A stretch of DNA of 64,000 nt from Haplodiscus bocki (lineage: Eukaryota). Made by a program: the position numbers and the translations under genes. How positions within the stretch are numbered: the first letter of the stretch is position 1; each line of letters opens with the position of its first letter. The notes under the pieces are model-generated. The model had not been told where the DNA came from and did not search any database. It worked only from the letters and a program-made list of their open reading frames with translations. This document shows, in pieces, positions 1 through 13,800 of the stretch. The stretch is taken from the NCBI GenBank assembly GCA_965655095.1, contig OZ296651.1, positions 39,990,001 to 40,054,000 on the forward strand, in the 5' to 3' direction.

Positions 1-199
1 CCTATTTTCGAAACAAGTATCTTTGCAAGGTTATATTGTTACATTTTCAGTGCACATCTCGGTACCCAGTTCCATTAAGTGATGAAGTTAATTTAAAGGA
101 TGGATTTTTTTCCTTCTCGAGAATTGTGCAACATCGAGTCTTCGCAATTCAATCATAGTTAAACATTGAGAAGCTAAGAACAGCGGAAGCGGTCGCGGT

Positions 200-3100
200 A
201 CGTATAGCTCAATATATTCATGGGCGTCCTATTTGATGCTTTCACGACAATAGCTTGCGGCAAACTTTGCTTCAACCAAAGAAGGCACACTACGTTGACA
301 CAATAAAACCAAAATTATGACAACAGTTTTTCTTGATAAAATTAGATTTTTGCCAGAGTTTGGCCGTTCCTGTGTCACCAGAACTTAGTTATTGGAGAGA
401 AAACGGTGAGTTTTTCTCTATAAATTATTCCACCTATAGGGTTTGAAATGGTTTAAAGTTATACAAGTGCAATCGTGATCAGAATATTAAACAGGGCGAA
501 AGCGAACAGTGGCATCAAAGTAGCGAACAAAACACCTGTCAGGTGTATTTCCATTAACGCGTGTCTGAATTTCACAAAAATGGATGACTTCGAGCTGCTG
601 AATACACCAATTATTGTCGAAGTAGATTCAGTTGTGATTTCTTCAAAGTGAGCAAAGAATTGCGGACCTGGAATTTGTCGGCTGCTATGAACGACTTTGA
701 TTATCCGTGCAATTTCAGGTCTGACTTCAGGACTGAGCCGAAGGGTTCATAATGACTGCAATTTTCAACTGAAAAGGCAGACTCCCCGTCCAGGATTTTC
801 TTTCAGACTGTCCCAATTGACGATCTTCTCAGACATAATAGGATCGGTAAAGTCAGTATCAATCTACGCTTCCTTTAATATGAACAGGTATAGACTGGAT
901 TACAAAATGACATCCCCATTTTTTTATGCACAACGACGTCATTTTGACACTGTAGATACATAACATGTCATTTCTTGCGACTTCGGAGTAAAAAGTTGAC
1001 AAAGTCAATCGAGAATCCAACTTTTCACACGTAATTTCAACATCTGGATGTCACCTCACTCGTTTGACATCAAAAGGGCCCAAAGTGCCGATGTATTCCA
1101 ACTGCCTTGCTCGGCTTAGCGTGACTCATGCCTTTCTAACTGGGATTTAATTCTCCCTCTTTATGACAATCTTTCCGAATGGGATATTTGACCCGAAGTC
1201 ATAGCTCAAGCCACTCTGATTGGAAACTGAAGTAATCTGGAATGTCCAGTATGCTTGGTTTTGCCTCCCTTGTTGAAAATGGTTTGAAAAACGGACCAGA
1301 GCCAGGAAATTGGTTTTGCAATATGCATTTGACCGAATGACTCAAAGTCTTCTTGTTTTGTCATTGTCAACATCTGAGCTTATGGAAAAAGTGTGAGTCA
1401 CATCAGAATTAAGCGAAAGATGGGTGTCTGGAAGTTCTAGAGAGGCGATATGTTGCGGAAAAACCGAAGCAATGCGTACATGACTGAGAACATCAACAGG
1501 CAACCACTGTATGGTTGTGTTGAAGGACAAAATGCGTGAATTGAGATGAAAGACTGAGCAAGTTGGAAAAGTCAGTGTACTTTGACACCGAGATCGCTCA
1601 ATAATGGAGCGACGTCGCTTTGGTGTTGTGTGTAAGTTTTCCAAAAAGAACAAGAGGTACGACGCCGGAAGTTAACTGACGTTGTTTTCTTTGCTGGATA
1701 CTTCCTTGTAATTGGTTTATTGATTCCGCCCTTATCATGCCGGATTCATCAACAATGAGTAGTCAGCAGCTCTTCGGGTAAGTTCTCGAATTTTTAAAGA
1801 AGAAAGCTGCCAAAAGAGCAAGTTCATCAGCGAAACTAAGTTGGAAGGAAGCCTGTAGAGAACTCTCATTTACTATGGAAGCTGCCATTCGAACCGGAGG
1901 AACAACGCTCTCGGTAGTTTTTGGTAGCCTGCTATTGTGCAGAGGGAGGAAACATACTCAAGAACGCATTTAAGTGTTTCTAGTTGCAGCTTCTCCTTGA
2001 ACAAGCAGAGGAGAGATAGGTATGCTTCCGAGAGTTGTTTGATGAGCGACGCTGCAATCAATAGTCATTGTTACTTGTGAGATGATCGAATGAACTCTTA
2101 ATTCCAGAGAACGGTAGAAGCTTTAGACTCGAGAATGTGTGTCGGAAGCCCCTGAAACTCGGCAGTGGCATTGTTTGGTGAGTAGAGGGTTCCTCATATC
2201 ATCTTCGTCTTGTTGTTCATCTGTTCCCCTTGGGATTCTTATGGGTCTTCAATAAGCTCGTAGCGATTTGCATTGTGTCAACAGAATTTAGGCATTTTTC
2301 AATAAAATCCTTTTCCCTAGTGAACGGGCATTTTTGTTTCGGTTCTGTTGGATGATAGTTTGGCGGCAGTTGTAATGTCTGAGCGATTGTTCCGTTAATT
2401 AGCGTCAAAGATGTTTAAGGGCATTCCCCCACGGCAGATGAAGGAGGCTTCTCGCCCAAACATTTTTATGGTTTTCACTTCTTTTTGACTCATGCAACTA
2501 CAAAACCAATTGTTTACCTGTGAACCGCATGGTGCCACTCTTGCCTTTCAAGTGTGTCGTTTTTGGTAAAAATTCAAGCCTCATCGCAGCGTGTACACAC
2601 TGAGATATCGGAGGGACCAGAAGAATATTTAATGGCGAAGTCTGGTAGACATCTTTCAGCTAATCTCAGAGTTTATCGGTCTCTTTGGCGTATATTTCGT
2701 GGAAGGCAGTCCTTGTGTATTGTACTTCAAGACCTTCAATGCCTACTGAAATCGGACATCATTCTGCAGCGTTGACAATCTTCAGACAATTGTGCTTGTT
2801 TCCAATGTATACGCTGTTTACGAACATTGTTGTGACGTTTGAATCCCTTAAGATGGAAGCTTGGAAGAAGTATATTAGTAGCCTCACATGCCCCAATCAA
2901 TTACTCAAATAGACACTTACGAACTGAGCGTCAATTCTTCGCCAGGTGTTGCTGTTTCAGTGTTTTGTAGAAGATGCGTGGTGCCAGACTAATAGCTTCG
3001 TATGTGCTATTCAAAAGTGAAGGGTCTAAAAGTGGCATTCCATTCAATGAGACAGTGAGTTTCTTTATAGCTCTTTTTCTTCTGCCTCCCTGTTGGTTTT

Positions 3101-5600
3101 ACTGAACCTTAATAAGAGTTTGTCGAAATTTTTTTAGAATATGTTCCCAAACTATAGTCTGTCGGTACTGGCTCCTTGAAGGTTTGTTAATTGTGTTTGC
3201 CCTTGTGCTTCCGTGTAGTTTTCTCAGTCTTTCGCGAAAAGTTGTAGAGTTCACCTCTAGAGGCTCTTCGAGCTTGTTTGGTTTCGCTTTCATTTGCTGG
3301 ATTCTATTGAAGTATTTATTTTTCCTGACGTAGACTTTTAAGCGTTGTGCAAGATTTTTCCATGAGTTTAGGTTGCATTTTTTGTGTGTGTTTAGGAGCC
3401 ACAACTAGTTTGAGCCTAGTTTGATAAAATCCTCTTGCGGCCGTATCTTTCAATTTCTCAGCACTGATGATATATGGGTACGTTGTTTCTGCTCCTCTTC
3501 ATTTTGTCTCGATTACTGCCGTATTTTTTGTTCCTGTTGCTGGATAATTTGCAACAGTTTTCGGCTACGAGTTGTCAGCTGTATCTTCTTAACCCTTTTC
3601 GAATCATTCTTTCTACGTTCCATTCGCTCAACTTGTTTGACGAAGTACTGATAACTGGATCTGTACGCACAACGCTTAAATGTTGAATTTGCCTCAATCG
3701 ACCGAATACAACGCAAGGCTTTGACTATCGAGATCCATATCCGCATAGTTTGTAAAACAGTTGTTGACTGTTTTCGAAGATCTACTTGTTAACGACTTTT
3801 TGAATGGTGAATGTCTTTTGAGGTCGAGAATTCTTTTAGCACATATAAGAAAATGAAATGCAGAATCAGTTTGATCCGGCAGACTCGAGTTTGAATGACA
3901 TGTCTGTATCATCAAAATTTGACTGCCACCCAGAAACTTCTCGGTAAAAATTTAGAAGTTGTGAGGATTTTGTGTCTTCCCGTTACAAATTTTGACCCGC
4001 TGTGCTTCTCTGTAAACCAAGAAGTCATTCACTGATTTGTAAAAGTCCTGTCGCTGGCATTCAACTTGCGGAACGAACGCTTTTATAATCGCGAGAGCAA
4101 GTCATTTTTACAAAAACTGGTTATGGCAAACAATGGCACTGAGCATGAGAAGCTCCTCTCAAGCGTGCGTTGATCCAAATGATGAGACTCATCGACGGAG
4201 TCTGGCCACTGAAATCATCCAGGTAAACCGATGTATCCATATAACTGATGCCATAGTCTTTCACAACGGTACGATCACTAAATTGTGTCGGGATGACAAC
4301 TCTCGTGGCAAAAAATAGTGTCTGATTTATTCAACTATCGAAAAAGCTAATGTCTCCACCAGTTTTCGTTGGCTGTGCTCGAGTTTCCATTTTCACATAT
4401 TTCAAATAGCTTTTGGAGGAAAGATTAATCATAGGAGTGTTGAAAAAGATTTTCGTTAACGAAACATAGACAGCTGTGATGTCAGAGGAAAGCCACTCAA
4501 TGCTGGAGAAATTTCCTAAATGCAGGGGTAAACGAATCCTAAACTGGAGAAATACCTTGAAAAAGCGAGCTTATGTTATAACGTGGAACTGTTGAAATGA
4601 AAATGTCAGACTATGAACTTTTGAGCACATGACTTACATGGAAAAGCTTGTTACATTAAATGTAAAAGATGCAGATCTGAAAACACCCAGCTTAACACTG
4701 AAGGCTGATAATATACTGCAACTGACAGGTGTTTGATGGAAGATAACAAAGACGTCGCCAACTCATCTTGAAACGATCAAGGCATGATAAGTACTGGAGT
4801 ATGTATTTTATTTGAAAGTTCGTGTGGTCAATGAGCTTTAATAAAAGAGTATTGTAGAAAACATTTATTCCGAGACTCCAAACAGTCCCTTAAGATCAAA
4901 ACGAAAATCTTTGTGTTGCCATAAGGACTTCGATATCTTTGTAGCTTGACAAGTTCTCTCTTGTCAAAGGCCCGTCCTAAACAAAAGACCGTGAAGATAT
5001 ACGCTGCTTTGTGCATTGTTCTTTCAGCGAAAACCTCGGAGTATATTTTTTCGGGGTTTCTGTTCGATTACCCTGTGTAGCATCCTTTCGTTGCACGTTT
5101 TAAACGGTCACCCTTGTCGGACGTGCATTGTATAGAAAACACACAAAAACTGACTTTAATAACTTTGCAAGTACAGCTAAAATTAAACTGTAGAATACCA
5201 AAACAATTCGGATTCTAGAGAAGAAATGACCGAGAAGTTGGTGGTCAAATCTCGATAGCTTCAATTCAATGCGAAGTTTAATGCAAAGAAGAAGTAGAAA
5301 ATGTACTTTACCTAATTTCTTCAAGGTCAGTTGCCAGAATAATTGGATCTCTGTCGCGGACTGTGGTGCTTCTGCTTGCGTGCTATCACCCAATGCCACA
5401 GTTGCCTGAAACAAGTCATCAATAGTACTATAGTGATTAGTGCGGCAAGGAAGTTCATTTTCATCGAGTGTAAGCTTTTCCCGGAATCCAACAGCCTTGA
5501 GTGGGTCTCTCCGGCAAGGTATTAGGATCAGAGTCATCAGAAATTGGAAAGGCTGCAAGAAAGTCATCCAGTGAGCTTCCAGAAGTCAGAACAAACTTTG
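200..5600 (-). mobile_element. Degenerate Helitron/Helentron-type Rep-helicase element
   Basis: Minus-strand translation gives Rep-like and PIF1 motifs in the expected order, broken by stops and frameshifts: QAFP (~4650), KSYLKYVKMETRAQPTKTGGDISFF (~4330-4420, Rep motif 1-like), RGASHAQ (~4135-4160, HUH motif 2-like), EANSTFKRCAYRSSYQYFVKQVE (~3620-3700), then LLIVDESGM (~1735-1765), GVVPLVLFG (~1645-1670), QFPIRVA*AMT (~1195-1230) and VTLSRAR (~1105-1125). Boundaries are approximate. Confidence 0.7.
1080..2000 (-). pseudogene. PIF1-family helicase domain of the Helitron (disrupted)
   Basis: Walker B LLIVDE, GVVPLVLFG, QFPIRVA(W>stop)AMT and A(Y>stop)VTLSRAR are recognisable. Walker A is eroded (IAGY.. 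at ~1930). Confidence 0.75.
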
Positions 5601-6494
5601 AACCACGTTTTCTGTCGCTGAGACTTTTTTCGCTTTTTTCTTTAAATGCGCACTTTTTGGAATAACCTTCGGGAGGGCGTTGGAACGCTTACCAAGCGGT
5701 GAGATTTCTTGTTCGGGAGATGGCCCAGCGTAGAATCTTGTTGCTAGTGCGTCCACTTTCGGCCGTTGTACCTTTGAGCTCGCATTTGCAACAGGCGAAG
5801 GTGGATACAGCTCTCCAGAGTCTAGTCCTTGTACCAGGAAAACAACATCTACTTTGATTTTGGGAGCTTTTGGAAGTCGATGGTTTCAGTGTTGCAACCT
5901 TGTTGATTCCAGCTGTTTGTCGCCTTCGTTTGAATAAATACGGGTTCTCGTTTACCAGAAATAGAACTGGCTGCTTCATGTGTGTGGCACCCTTCTTTGG
6001 ATGGCCTTCATCAAAACTTTTGACCATGCCAAAGTCTTGGAATGGCTTTTTCTGAACTCGAGGCTCTTTCCGCTTTTGCATTGTTGAACCCAGTTCTACT
6101 AGCAAAAAAGATAACTTGGATCGTTTTAATTTCTTCTAGATACTCGTTCAGTCGTGATAAAACATCAGCAGAATCATATATTTCAAGAAGGTGAAAGGTC
6201 ACAGAGGCTGCATTAATAGTTTCATACAACATCAAACATTAAAACTTTGAATATCCAGGGTAATGAAAGAAAAATCTTTTTCGTTTTGCCACCGACTGTC
6301 TAGTGAGAATACGAACTCTTTTCTCGAAAAATATATCACAAGACGGCCGGCAACCACTGGCATATTTTTCGCCCTACTACAAACATTTTGATCAACTTTT
6401 GCAAACGGTTAAAAACAAAACTACTGTTTTGAATTTAGTTTTCAAAGAGTTTTTACAAACATCAATTCCACCACTGATTTCTGTACTGTATGGA

Positions 6495-8230
6495 AAAGGG
6501 TATCACGACTTTCCGTTGAAAAATTTCTGTCTCACAGTGCCGAAAATTTCGTAGAGCAACCCTTCTATGTTTCAGAAAATTTCTGGTATCGAAAAATGTT
6601 AGGGATAACAGAGGGGGCGGGTATCACGATTTTCTATCAAAATTGTTTTGTCTCACAGTACCGAATCATTTCGTAGAGAAACCCTTGTGTTTTAGAAAGT
6701 TTCGGGTATCGAAAAATTTTAAGCCTAAGAGGGGAATATAACTATTTTCTACAGAAAATTTGTTTTCTCACAGTAACGAAAAACTTCGTAGGGGAACCCT
6801 GCTGTGCTGTGTTTCAGAAAATTTCCGTTAGCGAAAAATTTTATGGATAAAAGAGGGGAGGGGGAGGGAGAGTCAAGATTTTCCGTCGAAATTTTTTGTC
6901 TCACAGTGCCGAAAAATTTCGCAGGGGAATCCTTTAGTGTTTCATTAATTTCGGGAATCGAAAAAAGTTAGGGATAAGAGAGGGGGGCGGAAATTACGAT
7001 TCTCTGTCGAAATTGTTTTGTCTCACAGTACCGAAACATTTCGCAGGGGAACCCTTCAGTATGTCACTAATTTCTGGTATGGAAAAATTTTCTGCTTAAG
7101 AGGGTTATTTCACGATTTTCTGTCGAAATTATTTTTGTCTCACAGTACCGAAAAACTTCGTAGGAGAACCCTTCTGTGTTTCACAAAGTTTCTGGTATTG
7201 AAAAATGTTAGGGATGAAAGAGGGGGCGAGTATCACGATTTTCTGTCAAAGTTGTTTTGTTTCACAGTACCGAAACATTTCGCAGGGGAATACCCTTTAG
7301 TATTCACTTTTTTCTGGTATCGAAAAATTTTCTGCTTCAGAGGGTTATGTCAAGATTTTCTGTCGAAATTATTTTTGTCTCACAGTACCGAAAAACTTCG
7401 TAGGAGAACCCTTCTGTGTTTCACAAAGTTTCTGGTATTGAAAAATGTTAGGGATGAAAGAGGGGGCGAGTATCACGATTTTCTGTCAAAGTTGTTTTGT
7501 TTCACAGTACCGAAACATTTCGCAGGGGAATACCCTTTAGTATTCACTTTTTTCTGGTATCGAAAAATTTTCTGCTTCAGAGGGTTATGTCAAGATTTTC
7601 TGTCGAAATTATTTTTGTCTCACAGTACCGAAAAACTTCGTAGGAGAACCCTTCTGTGTTTCACAAAGTTTCTGGTATTGAAAAATGTTAGGGATGAAAG
7701 AGGGGGCGAGTATCACGATTTTCTGTCAAAGTTGTTTTGTTTCACAGTACCGAAGCATGTCGTAGAGGAACCCTTCTGTGTTTCAGAAAGTTTCGGGTAT
7801 CGAAAAATTTTATGCCTAAGACGGGGGGATTATCACGATTTTCGATAGAAAATTTGTTGTCTCACAGTACCGAAGAACTTCGTAGGGAAACCCTTCTGCG
7901 TTTCACAAAATTTCTGGTAATGAAAAATTTTATGGATAGGGGGGGGGGGAGGGGGGTTCTGGTATTGAAAAATTTTATGGATAGGGGGGAGGGGGGAAGG
8001 AGGGAGTATCACGATTTTCTTTTAAAAAAAAATTTGTCTCACAATGCCGAAAAATTTCGTACGGAAACCCTTCAGTGTTTCACTAATTTCGTGTATCGAA
8101 AAATTTTATGCATAATAGGGATATATAACGTTTTCCGTCGAATTTTTTTTGTCTCGCAGTACCGAAAAACTTCGCAGGGGAATCCTTTAGTGTTTCATTA
8201 ATTTCGGGTATCGAAAAATGTTAGGGATAA
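6495..8230. repeat. Tandem array with ~120-bp monomer and a perfect 240-bp dimeric higher-order repeat in its centre
   Basis: The core TGT(C/T)TCACAGT(A/G)CCGAAA recurs about every 120 bp. Lines starting 7141/7381/7621, 7201/7441/7681, 7261/7501 and 7321/7561 are identical. Confidence 0.95.
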
Positions 8231-8239
8231 ATCGTAAAA

Positions 8240-8305
8240 ATTTTTGGCAGGGCAGTGACTCGAACCTACTGCTGGAGAACCTTGTTGTCCTAAGCCTACC
8301 GCTGT
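8240..8305 (-). mobile_element. tRNA-derived (SINE-like) head next to the tandem array
   Basis: The reverse complement reads CAGCGGTAGGCTTAGG...GTAGGTTCGAGTCACTGCC, with a Pol III B-box GGTTCGAGTC. No full cloverleaf is seen. Confidence 0.45.
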
Positions 8306-9674
8306 CATTTATTTCTGAATACAAAGAGTTGGCAATTTTGGTCTGAAAAAAAAAGAAAAACGACCCTACTGAATGAATGAATAATTTTTCTTGCATATTA
8401 CATATGCGGCGAAAAATAATAAAAAAGCGGCATTTCTTTAAAAGAGCGAAAACGAACCTTATCAGTCAAGCATAGAAGATAAGGTTCCTTTTCCCGAAAG
8501 AGGAGATGTTCGCCGGATGTAACAAGAAAACAGCGAACTGTGCGCCAGAAAGCAAAATAACGCTAGACACAGCTTCAAAACTTACTCGACGATCGGAAGC
8601 AAAATCTGCCAGAGTGTTAGAATGGGAGGTATTACTGTCGAAGAAAAGTGGGTGAAATGCCAAGAGAATGCCGCTAGATTATTTCGAAAAATGACTGCTT
8701 TTCATAGAATTTCATGTAAATCTAAGGGGAATGTCAAGAAATGAAATGTTATAAAATTATGTACTACTAGTGAAAAAATGCAAAATGGGAAACCAAAATG
8801 CTATGCTCAATGCAATGAAAACTAATGCAACATGAAAGAGCTGGCTGGTAAGGAGCGACAGTTAACAAACAAAAGGTGTCCCTATGTAGCTGCAGTTGGG
8901 CGTCGTGAGACAAAGTTTTTTTTCGATTTTGGGAGAACCCTCCAAGCGAGGTGGCTTTTTCAAGTTTTCAGCACACCGAAAAACTTAAAATCTAATCGTC
9001 ACCTTTTGGGTGTGGATAAGCAAGCATTCATCCCATGTGAAGAGCTCTTGACCAGGTGTGCTATTTCGGCAGTGGACCCAAACAACGACAAAGTGCCAAA
9101 CATACAAAGGCAGACAGGCTTACGAAGATATCTCATAGACTCTTTTATCTGACTAGCACAAAGTTTCACTTTGTAATGAATCTAATCTATAATTCCAGAA
9201 AAAATAGTTTTGCTTCAAGGTGTAAATTTTTCTTCAAGTCGGAGCAAAAACTTCCATGAGGGGTCACCTGTCTCTCGCGGGAAAAGTGTCCTGGATGGTG
9301 TCTCTAAGATCAAAAATGGCATGTAGGATGAAGGTGCTTGACCTTGCAACATTATTTTGAGCCCCGCGTGTTATGTTGTGACGTTCAACAACGTCATCCG
9401 ATCTCCCTCTATTCCTATGGGGACCGGTCTTGTTTAGTCTGCGAAGAACCTTACGTCCGAGTGTGTCGACTACTGCACCCACAAAAATGAAGGGAGCAAA
9501 CACATTAGTGGGGCTTGCCACACCCAAGTTGTTCCAACGTACTGAGTCAATTTTCCCGTTTTCGAACAGTTACAAGACAAAAAACAGTCAAGAAAAGCGA
9601 AAGCGCAATTATCAGTCTTGACATTAAAATGAACAGTTGGATTATTTTTCGACATTAGCGTTACTCTGGATAGA

Positions 9675-10210
9675 TAATAAGATGGCCGGCTACCGCGGGC
9701 ATTCTGCCGCCGAACATGTTTGTTGAAGAAGCTTTTAAAAGGATGAAAACGTTTCTTTGCTCATTAAATATTCTCCATATATTTTCTAATTTTCCCAAAT
9801 TCAAGAATTTTCTGCAAAAAACTTCACAATTAACGTGGAAAAGATATTTTTGAGAAATAATATAATTTCATACGCATTCTACAATAAATTTGCCACCTTT
9901 ACTGATTTTGCAAAAAGTTCAGTTTGTTTTCGAAAAAACTTTATATGTATTTGAGAAATCTTACTATTTCAGTCGCATTCTGCGGCCTATTTGCTACAAT
10001 TTGACGATTAGAAAATTTCAAATTCGGCGTCTGGGTATTCTTTCCGAATAATTGGCTAGTAAACGATGAAAAAATTGAACCGCGTTGAGTGGATGGTTTT
10101 CTTTCCGTATTGTAAATATGGACGTAAAATATTGAGAAGGGAAACATTACGGTAAAAACGAACTTTTTAAAATCTTCGTATAAGACTTTAATTGGTGATA
10201 ACGGTCACCA
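9675..10210 (+). repeat. Dispersed repeat family, copy 1 (related copies at ~42130-42560 and ~61785-62330; head fragment at ~6338)
   Basis: Shared blocks: AAGA(C/T)GGCCGGC, CATACGCATTCTAC, CTTACTATTTCAGTCGCATTCT and CGCGTTGAGTGGATG. Confidence 0.8.
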
Positions 10211-10703
10211 ACAGGCGAGTATTCGTGCTATTGGACATTGAGAACAGAACCATTCTTGTTTTGTTATGGATGACATTAGCAACAGTAACGTAACAACATG
10301 AACGCAGGAAATTGACGAGAAGTAACTTTGTTGGATCAATAAAATGGATCAGTTCAGTGTGAGTCTGTCATCTTACAAAAAAGCACTGTCATGGTCGGCT
10401 TCTTTACTTGAAAGTAGAGCGCCGACTAAAAAGAGCCGAGACGAAAAGAAACAACTGAAAGGAATAATGTTGGTGCCCCCCCCCCCCATTAGGCAAAATA
10501 TTCATAGGATTCCTGGTCTGGCCCTGAAAGCTTGATAACATTTTGATGCAACAGTGCGTTGCGTTTGCTCCTATAAAAAGACAAGTTAGCCATTATCTTG
10601 GATCAAACGTATTCAAACAACACTTAAATTATTGTTTCAATGGGAAGGGCTGTAAAATTCATGACGTTCAATTAATGGGTTATTTCTATTGATTTTTTTC
10701 CAG

Positions 10704-10838
10704 GTTGAAAAACTAACTGCTCCGCCAAATATGCCAGAAGCAAATGGTAGAGAACTTGCGCAGGATGCAAGAGGCAACATACAACATCCTTCTTCCAGTT
10801 CATCAATAGACAGTCTGGAGAATCTATCATTGTACGAG
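10704..10838 (+). CDS. Probable internal exon of the ENTR1-like gene (VEKLTAPP...SIDSLENLSLYE)
   Basis: Strong acceptor ttttttttccag, strong donor GAG|gtaagt, 135 nt open with phase 0/0. A Ser-rich segment ending SLYE fits the region just before the ENTR1 coiled coil. Its phase does not match the 19194 exon, so an intervening exon was probably missed. Confidence 0.5.
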
Positions 10839-13800
10839 GTAAGTTGCAACTCTTCGTCATCACTAAAGGGTCCAAAAACGTTTCAATTTTGTGAATTTAG
10901 CACCCTGTAAGAACGAAATCATGGCATAACCTTTTATAACCGTATGAATGAAGTAGAGACTATCTTGAAATCGTAAACAATTTCTCATCTCCATTGAGAG
11001 TCTTCTTCGCTGACTAGATGAAAAGCAAGGATAATCAAGAAGGAAATAACCGAAGAACTAAGTTCAGTTCTGTGTTCTTCCGATTGTTAATTATCAATTC
11101 ACTCATGTGATTGTGACCAAGGATTGACTTTGATAACAGAAACTGATATACAAAATGGCGTCCGTGCATGCTTTTGAGAGGAATTTGCGAGTTGTTCAAG
11201 TCCGAAAATCATCGACTGCGTTTCTGATTATCCGAAATTTTACTTTTTGTCCACAAGATAATATGAAGTGATAGTGAAGAAAATTTCCAATCCCTGGGAA
11301 ATTGCCCCTTGTTCGGCACTGAGAGACTAAATTTTCCGACGAAATTCGTGATACCACCTTTTTTTTACATAGAGCAGATAAATATCGCAAGGCAAAACAG
11401 CTTTCGTTTTCGTGATAACCCCTTATCATTTTCCTGAAAACATGTGGAAAACTTCCCAGTTGTCCCTCTGTCATCTGCCATTTGAATTTCTGCCAATTTG
11501 GCCGATATGTTTGGAGAGATTAACTATCCGCCGAACTCGATTATACGCCAACGTCGACTATATTATTGTTGACGTTTTTTTGTTTAAAATAAGATATTTG
11601 AACTCAGGTCAGTTACTGGTATGCCTCAATTTTAACAATCCCCGCAAAAATGCTGCGTGATGGCGGAATAATGAGGGATTCTTAAACTTGGTATGGTAAA
11701 TTTTCGGGAAAAAAACGAAACAATATTTCCATTTTTTCTCCGGGAAAATAAATTTTCGTGATACTTCCCATTTAATCCTCTAATATCTTTCGATTATATA
11801 CCAAGTTTCCCAAATTGTCCATGCTGTAGCACGAGTGAGCAAGCGAAGCGAAATATATTAGAGACGGCTTCTATTTTTTTCCGTGCGTCGCCAACTCGCA
11901 TTTTTTGTTGAATTGACCATCACACAGAATTGGTTCATGCATTATCGCTTTGTTGCATGTATTTCTTCATGCCAAATTTCTTCAAGTTTTGTCATAAACT
12001 ACAGTGGTGTAATTGAAACTTCTGCAAATTATCTACCTAAAATTTCGAAAAACTGGATTGTTTAGCCGTCTTTCGTGACAGGAATGTTCTTGAAAGCTAG
12101 TCGTTCAAATGCGTCCTTCCAGCAATAATTCCTTTTCTAGCTACCTGAAGTTCGTATTTAGTTGCAGGGAGCAACTGCCTTATAGTTTTTGATTAATTTT
12201 TTAAATTGGATTTCAGAATTTAACGTTTCTACTTTGATCTTTCGAGTTTTTCATGACAAATTAATAGTCGGATTAGGTCCATACAGTGCTAATTTAAGAA
12301 CTTGTTGCCTTTAGTTTCCGACGGGACCCGAGTGGTCAATTTTCTGTTTTTGGAAATATCTTAACCTGTGTTAGGAGAATCGAAGTGTTTTCTAGTTGTC
12401 TTCCGTTGCAGACATTCGTTCGGATGTTGTTAATTCATGGCTAAATGGGCTTAGCGGTGCGGGGAGGATCCAAGGAGGAGCAGCAATGCTCTGAACCATA
12501 CTTTCGTGTTGTCTTGTTGTTGCTTGTATTCTGGCATATCTGAGGATTTCTTACTTTGGTCTTTCCTCAGAAGCATTTTTTTTCGAAAGCTATTCATCGC
12601 ATTCGTCCATATAGCTTTTCTTCGATTTTTAGCCCTCAGAGTTTATTCAGAGTGCCAAATTTGGTCTCTACAGTTTTTTCCATCAATTCATATACTCTCT
12701 AAAATAAACCGGTTTTTTTCTTGCGTCTTTCGTCTAAAGTTTTTTTCTTGGTTTATGCTGCGTTATCCGTCAAATTGTTGACCGTGATGAATGATTAGAT
12801 GTCACTTAATGCGCGCAGATCAACCAGAAGTTGGAAATTTTCGTCATTAAAAGGGTATCGTCTGTTTGTTGTTGAATGTATATGATTTTGATTCTCAAAT
12901 TTTTGCTGGAGCTCGTAGGTCTAAGTGACCTTTTACGTCGAAGATGTTTTCTGTGAGCGCTTCCTGTTGTTTTTTCATTGAAATCATTCGCCGTCGTCCG
13001 AATACTGCTTCATCAGGTAAAGTCTTGGTGCGATTTATTTTTCAGATATGAAACGACCGGAAAAGGCTTGGTTCATCTTTAGAACAGCTTCTCTCATAAA
13101 AAGAGAAACAATCGGCCGATATTCGTGCTTTTCAAAAAACCCAAAAAGTTGTATTCGTAGCTTGCTGAAATCGGTATTGTGTGTAGCACGGCGAAATCGG
13201 GTATTCCATTATTTCGTGTAATGGCAAACCCAAAACCGTGCATTCCGATCAGATACTTGTACCGATATCAATACAGTGACCCACTTCTCATGCGGAGAAC
13301 TTGAAACAATGTCCCATCTCGCGCGATGTTCACAAAAGACAAAAGCAGCAAGCAGTCAATTGTGGCCAGCCTCCAGAAATGCCATCTTACTGGAACGGGA
13401 GGATGAGGACACCTTTTAGCTGACACGACGACGACGTCTTCTGCATTGTGCTAACACTAGGGTTGAAATCATTGACAGTAGAAGTTTTGACAAAAATCGA
13501 CCGGATCGTGGAATTTTTGTTGCTCTTCATTGCTGTTTTTGCCTCGAATATGGTGTAGCTTAAACTGGGTAATTTCATTTTTAATTAATTCGTGACACAG
13601 CAGCGACTGATTGATTTTTTCCACGAGATTGGTTTTGCAAGCTTGTGACGCCTGGAGTTGTATAGGGTATGTTTGCGATTCTTAACATGTCAGAAATGTG
13701 ATTAGAGCACAGTCAACCTATGGCAACGTTGTTCCTGTGGCAACGTACGTGCTTTTTGTTGATAATCTTTGCAACCTTCAGATTCTTTGGTTCAGCTGAC

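Noticed and set aside
7018-7848. 276-aa ORF with 80-aa repeats
   Set aside because: By-product of the 240-bp tandem unit (a multiple of 3). No ATG start, splice context or domain, and flanking monomers break the frame.
6495-8230. CRISPR-like regular repeats
   Set aside because: The sequence between cores is itself repeated rather than unique, there are no cas genes, and the context is eukaryotic.
11180-11230. ELFKSENHRLR as the missing ENTR1 exon
   Set aside because: No convincing acceptor/donor pair giving the required phase 0 to phase 2 exon.
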